From positions 120,096,001-120,160,000 of the forward strand of contig NC_045696.1 in assembly GCF_009834535.1 (NCBI RefSeq): 64,000 nt of DNA, in the 5' to 3' direction. Position 1 is the first letter of the stretch. Each line of letters opens with the position of its first letter. The DNA is from Camelus ferus (Eukaryota). The position numbers and the translations under genes were made by a program. The notes beneath the pieces were generated by a model. It made no database searches, had not been told where the DNA came from, and saw only the letters and a program-made list of their open reading frames with translations. Below are positions 40,496-52,906 of the stretch, in pieces.

Positions 40496-41253
40496 ATTCT
40501 GCTGAGGATGGCTGTGAGGTTGGCTTGCTAAGAAGATAAAGATGAGGTGTTCCCTGCTCCAGTTGGAACAGCTCATGCAATATGATTGCTGTGTTGTTCT
40601 TATTTTTAAACATATGGACTTTCTTAGAGTCAAAAATTAGAAATGGAATTGGGAGTGGATCACATACGTGAGAGCCTTCGAAAATAGATCAAGCTTTGGG
40701 GTGGGGGGAAGTCTGGTGTCCTGCTCCCTCTGGGAGCTTAAAAAGTATTTTCAGGCTATGCTGATTTTATCAGGCAGATGTGCTTCTGAGCTACTTGAGT
40801 ATTTCTGCATGCCACAATGTTTATCAGGTCATCCAACGCTTGTATAAAAACACAAGCGAAATCATCCAGAAAGGTTTATGTTCCACCAAATGAATTGAGT
40901 GTGAGAAACAGTAGCTCTACTTCATACCCTATATACTTTCTCCTTTTATAGCCATATCTGGATAACTCAAACAGTTGAGGTCTGAGGTATATACTCCAAG
41001 TGTTTACAAAATTCTTCCTGAGTTGGGTCAGCAAGACCACTTTCCTCGCACAACTGAAATGATGTGGCAACATGTCCTCCTTAATTTTTATAAAGGTTTT
41101 GTTGGTCTGGGGAAAGACATAGTTGCATTTTTTTAGAAAAATCAACTGTATTGAGGTATAATGAATAAACAATATGATGCAATCACTTTAAGTGTGTGAA
41201 GACATGAATTTAATTGTGAGGTTTCTTCTCTCCAGGGGCACATCACATCTAGA

Positions 41254-41326
41254 ATGGAGACTTGGAAGACATTTTGGGGGATCGTCTTCCTTGCGGCGAG
41301 TTTTGGCGTCAAGTCACAGAGAATTG
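41254..41326 (+). CDS. COL6A4: COL6A4 first coding exon (signal peptide METWKTFWGIVFLAASFGVKSQRI); exon begins at 41236 after a splice acceptor, so an upstream non-coding exon is implied
   Basis: Manual translation from ATG 41254; resembles the mouse Col6a4 N-terminus as I recall it (MGTWKTFW...VKSQRIVCREA); acceptor ttctctccAG at 41234-35; donor G|gtaatg at 41327; phase 1 joins the next exon to read V-C-R-E-A. Confidence 0.9.
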
Positions 41327-42454
41327 GTAATGCATTCTTTAAGCCAAAAATAATAACCTTGCCAGGAATCTAGTGGTAGTGACAATATTAAAAGAAAATA
41401 TTACAGGAGTTTCGTAATTAACCAAAGGGAAATGATTCTTTTCAGGGGACCTTAGAATCTGGCAGCTTTTTGCAAATGGTGGGCACTTCATTTTTTTTTT
41501 TCTCCCAAAGCTTAACCTCAAATGACATAAAATAGATATTAAAAAATGCTACCCTTCTGAATGTGTTACCAGGCTCTCAGGTGCTTTTGTAAATGTGGGG
41601 CTTTTCTACTGACTCTGCATCTTGCTTTGTCTCCTTCGACTGTGGTCTTCTGAGTGGTAATTGTCATCGCAAGATGGATAGCTTTTCCGAGGGCTGGTGA
41701 CATCTCTGCATTCCTTTTTTTGCAGTCATTGTAACAGATCATTGGGACTTTTCAATATGGAATCACTAAGAGAAGATTGTAGGAGTAGCCTGAAGCTCCC
41801 AGTGAGACAGTATTGAGGTTTAAATATTCAAGCATAATTGCACAGACTGTTATTTGTTGGGGAAAAAACACAAAGCTCTCTGGGTTTCCCGCGGACTTGG
41901 AGTCCTCTCACCGTGAGCAGCAGCTGTGACAGCAAGGCTTCTCACGCCTTGAACACCTTCTAAAGTCACACTGCATGAAAATGTAATACAGCTCTCACAT
42001 TGTACCTGAGGAAATTAACACTTATTTGCCTAAAAAATAAATTCCACAACCATGAGGTGTCTCCTGATTGGAAAGATCAGGGACACACTTCCTGGTCTGT
42101 GTTTGATTTCTTTCTGAAAGAGATTTTAAGGGGATCAACCAGTCAGCCATGCCTGGAGTTCTTACTGAATCCTCTCCTCCCAAGAGGAATACATTTTGGA
42201 GGGTCAAAGGGAAGTAAAGCTTAAAGGACCTTAAGCTCATTTATTATCTACCTTTTCAGTAATCTTGACTTCCCTTGGCCTTGTGATCAAGATGAGGCAA
42301 ACCTCTGAGAGGTGGGACTCAGGACTCTGGAAGTGACAAATGTGTTTATCATCCATGAATTACACCAACCTTCTCCAGCCCTTCTCTGCCTAACTCTCAC
42401 CTAATGCTCAAGTGATCTTTGTTTTTCCATAAGATGGACTTTGAATTTAATCTT

Positions 42455-42570
42455 CTTTTTTTGCGGGGGGTAATTAAGTTTAATTTGTTAAATAGAGGTA
42501 CTGGGAATTGAGTCCAGGACCTTGTACATGCAAGGCAAGTGCTCTCCCACTAAGCTATATCCTTCCCCCT
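42455..42570 (-). mobile_element. Vic-1-like SINE
   Basis: gaggtactgggaattgagtccaggacc...ctaagctatatccttcccc. Confidence 0.8.
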
Positions 42571-42708
42571 TGCATTTAACCTTCTCTCTGACAGTCTAGG
42601 ATAGGGAGTGCATGTCATGGGCGCTAGTTTCTAGTACTGGCTCTTTGAACAGATTTACGTGACTTACTTTGATGGATGAGTTGAATTCATTATTCTAAAC
42701 TTGCACTG

Positions 42709-42814
42709 GGAGACGGGCTTCAAGATGGCGGAACAGAAGGACACGGAGCTGATTGCCTCCCACAAATACATTAGAAATATATCTACCTGTGGGGCAATTC
42801 TCATGGAATGCCTA
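42709..42814 (+). mobile_element. Isolated L1 5'-end fragment (~106 bp) without polyA, flanked by a 14-bp TSD
   Basis: caagatggcgga...gaaggac...ctcccacaaataca matches the L1 start at 18742-18793; CTAAACTTGCA(C/G)TG at 42695-42708 and 42815-42828. Confidence 0.7.
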
Positions 42815-42860
42815 CTAAACTTGCAGTGTTCAACACAGTGGCCACTAGGCACATGTGACT

Positions 42861-43000
42861 TTACTTATTTATTTATTTTGCGGGGGAGCGTAATAAGGTT
42901 TATTTATCTATTTATTTTTTAGAGGAGATACTGGGGATTGAACCTAGGACCTTGTGCATGCTAGTCATGCATTCTACTACTTGAACTAAATATCACCCCT
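42861..43000 (-). mobile_element. Vic-1-like tRNA-derived SINE
   Basis: ctggggattgaacctaggaccttgtgcatgct (B-box, reverse complement); TSD CAC(A/G)TGTGACT at 42850 and 43003. Confidence 0.8.
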
Positions 43001-43076
43001 ACCACGTGTGACTATTTAAATTAAATTAAAATTCAGTAAAATTTAAAATTTCATTTCAATCATACTAGCTACATTT

Positions 43077-43190
43077 AAAAACATTTTTTCTCTTTTCTTT
43101 CTTTCTTTTTTAATGGAGGTACTAGGGATTGAGCCCAGGACCTCATGTGTGCTAAGCATGTGCTCTACCACTGAGCTATACCCTCCCCCT
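43077..43190 (-). mobile_element. Vic-1-like tRNA-derived SINE
   Basis: Reverse complement reads ggggagggtatagctcagtggtagagcacatgcttagcacacatgaggtcctgggctcaatccctagtacctccattaaaaa; TSD CAT(A/G)CTAGCTACATTT. Confidence 0.88.
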
Positions 43191-43213
43191 CAACCTCATG
43201 CTAGCTACATTTC

Positions 43214-44833
43214 TTTTTTTTTTTTTTTTAACATTTTTTATTGACTTATAATCACTTTACAATGTTGTGTCAAATTCCAGTGTTTAGCACAATTTTTCAG
43301 TCATTCATGGACATATACACACTCATTGTCACATTTTTTTCTCTGTGAGTTATCATAACTTTTTGTGTATATTTCCCTGTGCTATACAGTGTAATCTTGT
43401 TTATCTATTCTACAATTTTGAAATCCCAGTCTATCCCTTCCCACCCTCCAACCCCCTGGCAACCACAAGTCTGTATTCTCTGTCTATGAGTCTATTTCTG
43501 TCCTGTAGTTACGCTTTGTTTTTGTTTGTTTGTTTGTTTGTTTTTTAGATTCCACATATGAGCGATCTCATATGGTATTTTTCTTTCTCTTTCTGGCTTA
43601 CTTCACTTAGAATGACATTCTCCAGGAGCATCCAAGTTGCTGCAAATGGCATTATGTTGTCGGTTTTTATGGCTGAGTAGTATTCCATTGTATAAATATA
43701 CCACTTCTTCTTTATCCAGTCACCTGTTGATGGACATTTAGGCTGTTTCCATGTCTTGGCTATTGTATATAGTGCTGCTATGAACATTGGGGTGCAGGTG
43801 TCATCCTGAAGTAGGGTTCCTTCTGGATACAAGCCCAGGAGTGGGATTCCTGGGTCATAGGGTAAGTCTATTCCTAGTCTTTTGAGGAATCTCCACACTG
43901 TTTTCCATAGTGGCTGCACCAAACTGCATTCCCACCAGCAGTGTAGGAGGGTTCCCCTTTCTCCACAGCCTCTCCAGCATTTGTCATTTGTGGATTTTTG
44001 AATGACGGCCATTCTGACTGGTGTGAGGTGATACCTCATTGTAGTTTTGATTTGCATTTCTCTGATAATTAGTGATATTGAGCATTTTTTCATGTGCCTT
44101 TTGATCATTTGTATGTCTTCCTTGGAGAATTGCTTGTTTAGGTCTTCTGCCCATTTTTGGATTGGGTTGTTTATTTTTTTCTTATTGAGTCGTATGAGCT
44201 GCTTATATATTCTAGAGATCAAGCCTTTGTCGGTTTCATTTGCAAAAATTTTCTCCCATTCGTTTTGTTTTACTTATGGTTTCCTTTGTTGTGCAGAAGC
44301 TTATAAGTTTCATTAGGTCCCATTTGTTTGTTCTTGCTTTTATTTCTTCTAGGAGAAAATTTTTGAAATGTATGTCAGATAATGTTTTGCCTATGTTTTC
44401 CTCTAGGAGGTTTATTGTATCTTGTCTTATGTTTAAGTCTTTGATCCATTTTGAGTTGATTTTTGTATATGGTGTAAGGGAGTGTTCTAGCTTCATTGTT
44501 TTACATGCTGCTGTCCAGTTTTCCCAACACCATTTGCTGAAGAGACTGTCTTTATTCCATTGTATATTCTTGCCTCCTTTGTCAAAGATTAGTTGACCAA
44601 AAGTTTGTGGGTTCATTTCTGGGCTCTCTATTCTGTTCCATTGGTCTATAGGTCTGTTTTGGTACCAATACCATGCTGTCTTGATGACTGTAGCTCTATA
44701 GTATTGTCTGAAGTCTGGGAGAGTTATTCCTCCAGCCTCTTTCTTTCTCTTCAGTAATGCTTTGGCAATTCTAGGTCTTTGATGGTTCCACATAAATTTT
44801 ATTATGATTTGTTCTAGTTCTGTGAAATATGTC
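43214..44833 (-). mobile_element. Young 5'-truncated LINE-1 (ORF2 C-terminal part, 3'UTR, polyA) in the COL6A4 intron after the signal-peptide exon, with a perfect 17-bp TSD
   Basis: ORFs 44236..44793 and 43545..44222; TSD CATGCTAGCTACATTTC at 43197-43213 and 44834-44850; T-run at 43214. Confidence 0.93.
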
Positions 44834-45284
44834 CATGCTAGCTACATTTCAAGTGCTCAATAGCCACATGTACTTCGTGGCTATAGTATTGCATGGCAGA
44901 GTCTCATAGGATTATTCTAGCTCTAAAATTGTCTGATTCCCTTATTTGGTTTCATTAATGTTCAATACTTCCATCCTTGCAAGGATGCCTTCTCCCTTCT
45001 CCCTCCCTCTCTCCCTCTCTCTTTCCCAAACATTTCCTTCTTCAAATATTTTTTGGGTGACTACTCTACGTATGACACTTGAGTGGTGGACAAACAAAAC
45101 GTATGGCATCTGCTTTCATGGAACTCACAGTTTAGCTGGGGAGATTGTGATTAATCAAATAAGCACACAGATGGATGCTTCATTACAAACCAAGATAAAA
45201 GAACGTGATTCTATGGAATTTACCAGAAGAAAAAAAGAAAGAGAAAAGGGGGAAAGGAAACTCAATAGAGGAAACAGTATTTCT

Positions 45285-45842
45285 TTTAAATTGAAGTATA
45301 GTTGATTTACAATGTTGTGTTAGTTTCAGGTGTCAGTAAAGTGATTCAGTTATTCATGTATATGTTCTTTTTCAGATTCTTTTTCAATATAGGTTATTAT
45401 AAACTATTGAATATATTTCCCTGTGCTATGCAGTAGGATCTTGCTGTTAATCTAATATATATATTAAACTTGCTGTTAAACTTATATATATATAAGTTTA
45501 TATCTGCTAATCCCAAACTCCTAATTTATCCCTCCCTCCTTTCTGCTTTGGTAACCCTGTTTGTTTTCTATGTCTGTGAGTCTCTTTCTGTTTTGTAAAT
45601 AAGTTCATTTAAATCATTTTTTTTAAGATTCCACATATAAGTGATATCATATGATATTTGCCTTTCTCTGTCTGACTTACTTCACTTAGTGTGACAACCT
45701 CTAGGTCCATCCCTGTTGCTGCAAATGGCATTATTTTATTCTTTTTCATGGCTTAGTAGTATTCCATTGCATAATTATACCAGAACTTCTTTATCTAGTC
45801 ATCTGTTGATGGACATTTAGGTTGTTTCCATGTCTTGGCTAT
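45285..45842 (-). mobile_element. L1 3' fragment ending ~42 nt upstream of COL6A4 coding exon 2
   Basis: ttgaagtatagttgatttacaatgttgtg...gatggacatttaggttgtttccatgtcttggctat. Confidence 0.85.
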
Positions 45843-45884
45843 CAATTTTGTAATGTTTCATCTCAAGTGGACTCTCTCCCCCAG

Positions 45885-46487
45885 TCTGCAGGGAGGCCAC
45901 TGTGGGAGATGTCGTGTTTCTGGTGGACACCAGCATCAACCCCCAGGACACCCGCAGTGTGCGGGGCTTCTTGTACATGGTGGTCAACAGCTTCAAGGTC
46001 AGCCGAGAGGCGGTCCGCGTGGGGCTGGCCCAGTACGGTGACGAGCCCCGGTCCGAGTTCCTCCTTTCCACCTACCACCGCAAAGGCGAAGTGCTGAGAC
46101 ACATCCAGAGGTTTCCATTTAAGCCTGGGGGCCACAAGTTGGGCCTGGCCCTGCAGTTCCTCCTGGATCATCACTTCCAGGAGACAGCGGGGAGCCGCGC
46201 GAGCCAGGGCGTGCCCCAGGTTGCCCTGGTGCTCAGCACAGGCCAGCCGGAGGACCATGCGTGGGATCAAGCCGAGGCCTTTAGGAGGGCGGGCATCCTC
46301 CTCTATGCGGTGGGCGTCGGAGACGCGGGATCCGCGGAGCTCGGGGAGATTGCAAGTCGCCCTGCCGAGAAATTTGTCTCCATTGTTCCCAGCCTCTCTG
46401 GTCTGGGCAGCCTGGCCCCGAAACTGCAGCAGGAACTCTGTAATACTTTGGTAAATGCAGCTCCAGCTGTTGGCCACATCTCTCCAG
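45885..46487 (+). CDS. COL6A4: COL6A4 coding exon 2, N-terminal vWA domain 1
   Basis: ORF 45902..46513 DVVFLVDTS...VRVGLAQY...AGSRASQGVPQV; acceptor ccccAG at 45883-84, donor G|gtacaa at 46488; 603 nt, phase 1-1. Confidence 0.93.
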
Positions 46488-46925
46488 GTACAAGGCTTTC
46501 CTCTTATTTCTGATCTACTTCTGATCTTCTATTCATCCCTCCCCCATATGCCTTCCATATGTGTGCATGTTTAATTTTAATAGTAAAATTTCACTAAACT
46601 GTCTACACTTTATGCTCCTCTCCAATCAATGATCAAAGACTTTCCAACCCTTTTTATAAACCCTGTGGGCTTTATGATGGTCTCCATATGGATGTAGTGT
46701 AAGTCTGCTTTTGAAGGAAAAAATATCTGTTCCTAGGATAATATTATTCCTAGATCCAGGGGTGCTGTCACTGCTCCGAGCATGCTGTCGCTCAGGGTGT
46801 CTGAGGACCACTGTGTACAGGGTTCCTGGCATTTCGCTCCTTTTCTGTTCACAGTCTGGCTCCCCTGGTTCTAAGCATTTTGAGTGAAGACCCACAGACC
46901 CTGCCCCTTTTATCCTCTCTTGCAG

Positions 46926-47513
46926 CTTGCGGAGAAGCAGTCCTGGCCGACATTGTCTTCCTAGTAGACAGTTCGACCAGCATCGGGCCCCAGAACTTCC
47001 AGAAAGTGAAGAACTTCCTTCACTCTGTAGTCTTGGGGCTTGACATCAGCAGTGACCAGGTTCGAGTGGGACTTGCTCAGTATAATGACAACATCTACCC
47101 AGCCTTTCGGCTGAACCAGTATCCTCTGAAGAGTGTGGTCCTGGAGCAGATCCGGAATCTGCCCTACCGGACGGGAGGCACAAACACGGGGAGTGCCCTG
47201 GAGTTCATCAGGACCAACTACTTGACTGAGGTGGCTGGCAGCCGGGCCAAGGACAGGGTTCCCCAGATAGTTATCCTGGTCACAGATGGGGAGTCAAATG
47301 ATGAAGTCCAGGAGGCAGCTGAATGGTTGAAAGAAGACGGGGTTGTTGTGTACGTGGTTGGGGTCAACGTCCAGGATGTCCAGGAGTTGCAAAAGATAGC
47401 CAGTGAACCATTTGAGAAGTTCCTCTTCAACACTGAAAACTTCAACATCCTGCAGGATTTCTCTGGAAGCATTCTTCAGACTCTGTGCTCGGTGGTGGAG
47501 AGCAAGATTAAAG
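46926..47513 (+). CDS. COL6A4: COL6A4 coding exon 3, vWA domain 2 (intact DxSxS MIDAS: DSSTS)
   Basis: ORF 46880..47584 ADIVFLVDSSTSIGPQNFQKVKNFLHSVV; acceptor ttgcAG 46924-25, donor G|gtaaga 47514; 588 nt. Confidence 0.95.
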
Positions 47514-47764
47514 GTAAGAAGTTGTGTCAAAATCCAACATTTCAACCAGGACGCCTAATTGTAATACAGGCCAAGAGCCACTGAGTGTAGCGGGAGGGCA
47601 GCACCAGGAGGTGTTCACCATCACTGGAGGATGTGAGGGTGTTTCCTGGATGAAGGAGCATCTGAGCTGTGGACTGAAATTAACAGAGTTCTCATGGATA
47701 GGACAGAGCATCCTACCATGCTGTTCAGAGGAAACAGCGTGTTGTGGCGTCTGGAAGACCTTTT

Positions 47765-48496
47765 TTTTAATTGCAGTATAGTTGATTTACAATGTTGTGT
47801 TAGGTTCTGGTGTACAGTATAGTTATATACTGTTATATATATAGTTATATATATATATATGTATGTATTCTTTTTCATTATGGGTTATTACAGGATACTG
47901 AATATAGTTCCCTGTGCTCTACAGAAGAACTTTGTTGTTTATCTACACTGTATATAATAGTTTGTATCTGCTAATCCCAAACTCCTAATTTATCCTTCAC
48001 CCCCTTCCCCTTTGTTAACCATAAGTTTGTTTTCTATGTCTGTGAGTCTGTTCCTGCTTTGTGAATAAGTTTGTTTATGTCATTGTTTTTTAGATTCCAA
48101 ATATCAGTGATATCATATGATATTTGCCTTTATAGGATAATCTCTAAATCTATCCACATTGCAGCAAATGACATTATTTTATTCTTTTTTATGGCTGAGC
48201 GGTATCCCATTGTATATATACCACAACTTCCTTATCCAGTCATCTGTTGATGGACATTTAGGTTGCTTCCATGTCTTGGCAATTATAAATAGTGCTGCTG
48301 TGAACGTTGGGGTGCATGTGTCTTTTCAAATTAGTTTTCTCCAGATATATGCCCAGGAGTGGGACTGCTGGATCGTATGGCAGGTCTATGTTTAGTTTTT
48401 TAAGAACCTCCATACTGTTTTCCATAATGGCTGCACCAAACTACATTCCCACCAATCGTGTAGGAGGGTTCCCTTTTCTCCACACCCTCTCCAGCA
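47765..48496 (-). mobile_element. L1 3' fragment (other short intronic L1 3' tips at ~51525-51928, 54230-54428, 58550-58800, 62480-62660)
   Basis: Typical L1 3'UTR and ORF2-end sequence; TSD-like gaagacct(t/g)tttt on both sides. Confidence 0.82.
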
Positions 48497-48727
48497 GAAG
48501 ACCTGTTTTTAAAATCCTGGCTTTGCCACTTTCTAGTTATGTGAGTATGACAAGCAGCGTCACGTTTTCACTTCACTTTTCTCATTTGCACAGTGAAGGT
48601 GCTAATACTTGCCTAGTAGGATGGTTAATGAGGATTAAAAGTACTTTGTATTCAATGTTCATGAGGTCTTGATTTGATATGCTTTCTCCCCTGTGTCTTT
48701 CCCTCCCCATTCTCTCTTTATTTCCAG

Positions 48728-49333
48728 AATACACCCAGCCCTATGCAGATGTAGTCTTTCTCGCTGACACGTCACAGAACACATCGTGGACCAGTTTCCA
48801 GTGGATGCGGAATTTCATCTCCAGGGTGGTGGGCATGCTGGATGTTGGCAGGGACAAGTACCGGATTGGGCTGGCTCAGTACGGTGGCCAAGGTCACACA
48901 GAATTTTTGCTTAATACCTACCAGACCCAGGATGAGATGACTGGTCACATCCATGATCACTTTGTGCTCCGGGGAGGTCCCAGGAGGACGGGCAAAGCTC
49001 TGCGATACATTCATCAGACCTTCTTCCAGGAGGCAGCAGGAAGCCGGTTTCTCCAGGGCATTCCCCAGTATGCAGTGGTCATCACCTCAGGCAGATCTGG
49101 AGATGAGGTCGGGGATGCAGCACAGACACTGAGGGAGAAAGGCGTGAAAGTCATGTCCGTGGGTGTCCAAGACTTTGACAGGAGAGAGCTGGAGGGGATG
49201 GGGACCCCACCCCTTGTATATGAGATGCAAGGACAAGATGGTGTCAGACAGGTGACACAGGATATGAGCTCAGTGATCCAAGGGACTGGGCAGCTCAAGT
49301 TCAACAGCGAGGCAGAGAAGGAGCCGATAGCAG
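48728..49333 (+). CDS. COL6A4: COL6A4 coding exon 4, vWA domain 3
   Basis: ORF 48679..49359 YADVVFLADTSQ...FQWMRNFISR; acceptor ttccAG 48726-27, donor G|gtaagg 49334; 606 nt. Confidence 0.95.
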
Positions 49334-50518
49334 GTAAGGTTTGGTCCCTCGGTGTGTGAGCCACCAGGTGGTCTCAGCATAATAGGAGAGTCTGGGGAAA
49401 GAGCAGAGGAGAGGGCATTCTGGGTTCCTAGTGCCAGGACAGTAGCATCAATGGATGGGGAGAGGAAGAGGCATGGGTTTGCCTCAGGCACTTACCTTGG
49501 AGTGGATAATTATGGTCACTTGTTGAGGATAATTATGGTCACTAGCTAAGGATGCTGCATAACAAGCCATCCAAAAAGTCAGTGGCTGAAAAGAAACATT
49601 TATTTTCATGGATCAGCTGAGCTTCGCTGGGCTCAGCTTCACTGGGCTTTACTCATCCTGCCTGGGCTTATTCACAGGAATGGGGTTTGGCTGAGAGTTG
49701 GCTGATCTACGTTTGGTTCTGCTCCATAGCTCTCCCCTTCCTCCTGGGGTCACTGGGCTAGTCTGGGCATATCCATCTCATGGTGATTACAGAGGTGTAA
49801 GAGAGAAAACCCAACTGCATAAGCAGTTTTCAGACTTCTGCTTCATTGTCTGCTGATATTCCATTGGCTAAAGAGGGTCATATGGCTATCTCGTCATTAG
49901 TGGAGTAAGAAAATACATTCCTGAGTTGGGGGGTTGGATATAACTGGATATGGAAGAATGTAGATTCAGTCCCCAGTACCTCCATTAAAAAATAAAAATT
50001 AAAAAAAACTTTAAAAATATATTCCTCTCATGAAGTGAGGTGTAGGGAGTGAGTATTTCTGAACAATAATCCAAGTTACCATATGCCTTTTCCAGAAGAA
50101 GGGGCAGTCAGGCTTTTCACCATAGATTAAATGAAGTCCCTCCCTAGTTTGGCATTCAAGATGCTCAGGGGAGATGCTGTTGGCATTTTGAATGATCCAG
50201 TTCATAGCGTAGGATGGTCCTGTGAGTTGCTGAAGGTTTAACATGCCTAATTCCTGCCAGTAGCATCCCTGAATCTTACGATAATCTAAAACACCACCAT
50301 ATACTTCTAACTATCCCCTGGGGAAGGGTTCCACTCTGTTGGTAGAGAACTACTGAGCTTTATCTCCTGATAAGCCCCTTTATGCATTCTAACCACTAGC
50401 CAAGCTGAACAGCTCACCATTTGCTGTATATGTGTCATACTTTTCCACCTCTGTCTCTGCTGTTGAACACACTACCCCATCAGTCTGAAATGCCTACCAT
50501 CAAACCCTTATCCTTCAG

Positions 50519-50640
50519 GAGGGAAGGTGTAACTCAGCAACAGAGTATGTGCTTAGCATACACGAGGTCCTGGGTTCAATCCTCACCACCTTTGTTACAG
50601 TCAATCAACCTAATTACCCCCCCTCCCCCCCAAAATATAA
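50519..50640 (+). mobile_element. Vic-1-like SINE
   Basis: gaggtcctgggttcaatcc B-box, tail aacctaattacccccc; TSD aaaccctt(t)atccttcag on both sides. Confidence 0.82.
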
Positions 50641-52906
50641 AAAACCCTTTATCCTTCAGTTCTTAAATTGCCTTCTTGACAGAGCAGCCCCACAACTAGA
50701 AGTGATCGCTTCCTCCTTTGTCTGAACTGTCATTGCTCTGCCCAGAGTCTCAACATCCAGAGCTCCAGGGTCCTTGGCATTTTTTAGGCAGAAAAGACAA
50801 ACACAGTGAGACAAGAAGAGGAAAATCCAGAGAGATAATAAGGCACTAAGAAGCACTTACGAGCATTACTTTAAGTAGAAATAGAGCAAAAGGAGGGTGC
50901 AGCAGAGAACCTGACCTGGGAGTATTTGTGTTGGTCCCTCAACAATGGGTGAGCTTTTAAACGTATTTAATATACAGGGAGAAAGGAGGAGCCTCGTGGT
51001 AAGGAGAAGAGCAGGGTAAGGGGGTGCAAGTAGGGGTGGGCTGGATGGGTGTGGAGGAAAGTGAAAAAAATGGAGCCAATTGGGCGTGGGGGGAGGGTTT
51101 AGAAATAGTGAGGGATGAGATTGGATTATGTAGGATGAACCCTGATTATGGGGTTCCAAAGGCACTGGAAAGTCACCGTAGGTTTTTAAGCAAGAAAAAT
51201 CATGACCAAAGTGGGCTTGAAGGAAGCCTTCAGTGGGCAGGGTGGATTCTACATGGCTCAGAAGGACTTCAAGGCTGAGCTGTCATCTGTCCACAGAGAG
51301 GGTGCCTGGGTCTAGGGAGTGGTGGCTCTGATCATGAGGAAACAGGGTAAGTCCTGGAGACCTCTTCACAGGAGAATAATAGTGCCTGGCACCAGCAGGT
51401 GAAGGAAGGGAGAAGTCAAAGGTGCTTGCAGTTTCTGGAGAAGGTGTTTCAGACATAAAAATCAAGGGCAATACCCTCTTTTTAAATCTAGGATTGATCT
51501 TTGATTCTTTTTAAAATTTTAAAAATTGAATTATAGTTGATTTACAATTTTGTGTTAGTTTCTGGTGTACAGCAAAGTGATTCAGTTATACACACACACA
51601 CACATACACACTCAGATCCTTTTTCAACACAGGTTATTACAAGATATTGAATGTAGTTCCCTGTGCTATATAGGAGGTCCTTGTTGTTTATCTATTTTAT
51701 GTATAGTAGTTTGTATCTGCAAATCCCAAACTCCTAATTTATCCCTCCCCCTCCTTTCCCCTTTGGTCACCATGAGTTTGTTGTCTATGTCTGTGAGTCT
51801 CTTTCAGTTTTGTAAATAAGTTCACTTGTGTAATTTTTTTAGGTTCCACGTATAAGTGATACCGTGTGATATTTGTCTTTCTCTGTCTGACTTACTTCAC
51901 TTAGTATGATCATCTCTAGGTCCATCCAATTTTTGATTCTTTATTAAAAAAGAGAGGACCAAAGGGAAAATTTCAGGACATCAAGATAGGTCCAGGGGTT
52001 ATTCTGGCCTTCCTGTATTCTCTTCTCTAAATTTTGTTTCACGATACTTAGTTGCCTACGCACTGGTTTCAGCCTTCTGCACGCGGTTTTGACTCTCTGC
52101 TAAGGAGATTTCTGTTTTCATACGGTAGATAGGTTTGGACCTTATGGGTATGCGGACACAGTGGGTTTCCCTACATTAGGCCCTGCCTTACATTGGGAGG
52201 GAGGGCTCTGGACTTCTCTTAGAAGGGAGTTGATGCAGTCAGAACCCCATTACCCAATTTGGGGCAGGCTAAAAGGATGGTTCTTTCATAGCAAAATGAA
52301 ACAGCCAGTTACTTCAATTTTTGGACCAAGATTTTTCACAGAAACCTGCAAGATTTCATGTTACCTCTGTTAAAATGACCTGAAATTTATCAGAGAATGG
52401 TGCATAAATTAATAGTCACCATTGATTATCTCCATCTTTCACCAAAAGAGGAACAATGATTAAATCAAAAAGTTCTCAGGCCTTATAAAAGAGAATTTGA
52501 CCCAGGGTTTCCTGAAACCCCCAAAATAAAGAAAAAACTAGTCAAGCAAGACTCAGATGCTTCTAGTGGACTTAAATGAATTGAAAATGACCTTAAAGTG
52601 CTTTCTTGTGGATATTCACATATTTATGTATTTTGCAAGTGATGTGAGCACACTTCCATGTGAAAAATTTTGAACCCCGGGATGTTCTTTGACTGTCCTG
52701 CAAAATGATGGTCTTTACAAAGGCTTCCACTAAATTCTAACGTGCATTAATACGTTAGTATAAGATACATGATTGCAATTTACAATGCTAAGTTTATTAT
52801 TACAGTATATAGAAACAGAGAATAATACAGCTTTTGTATACAAAATGAATGTTGTCTTTATTATTCTGTCCTCATGCTAACGCCCTTTCTGTTCGTTTGT
52901 TTATAG

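Larger units (their letters stand above)
42821..44900. mobile_element. Fragmented MER3/MER33-type hAT-Charlie MITE interrupted by two SINEs and an L1
   Basis: Pieces gtggccactaggcacatgtgact / atttaaattaaattaaaatt...ctagctacattt / caagtgctcaatagccacatgt match the MER3-type consensus as recalled. Confidence 0.65.

Noticed and set aside
45817..46493. Antisense and alternative-frame ORFs over the vWA exons
   Set aside because: Shadow ORFs of GC-rich coding exons.
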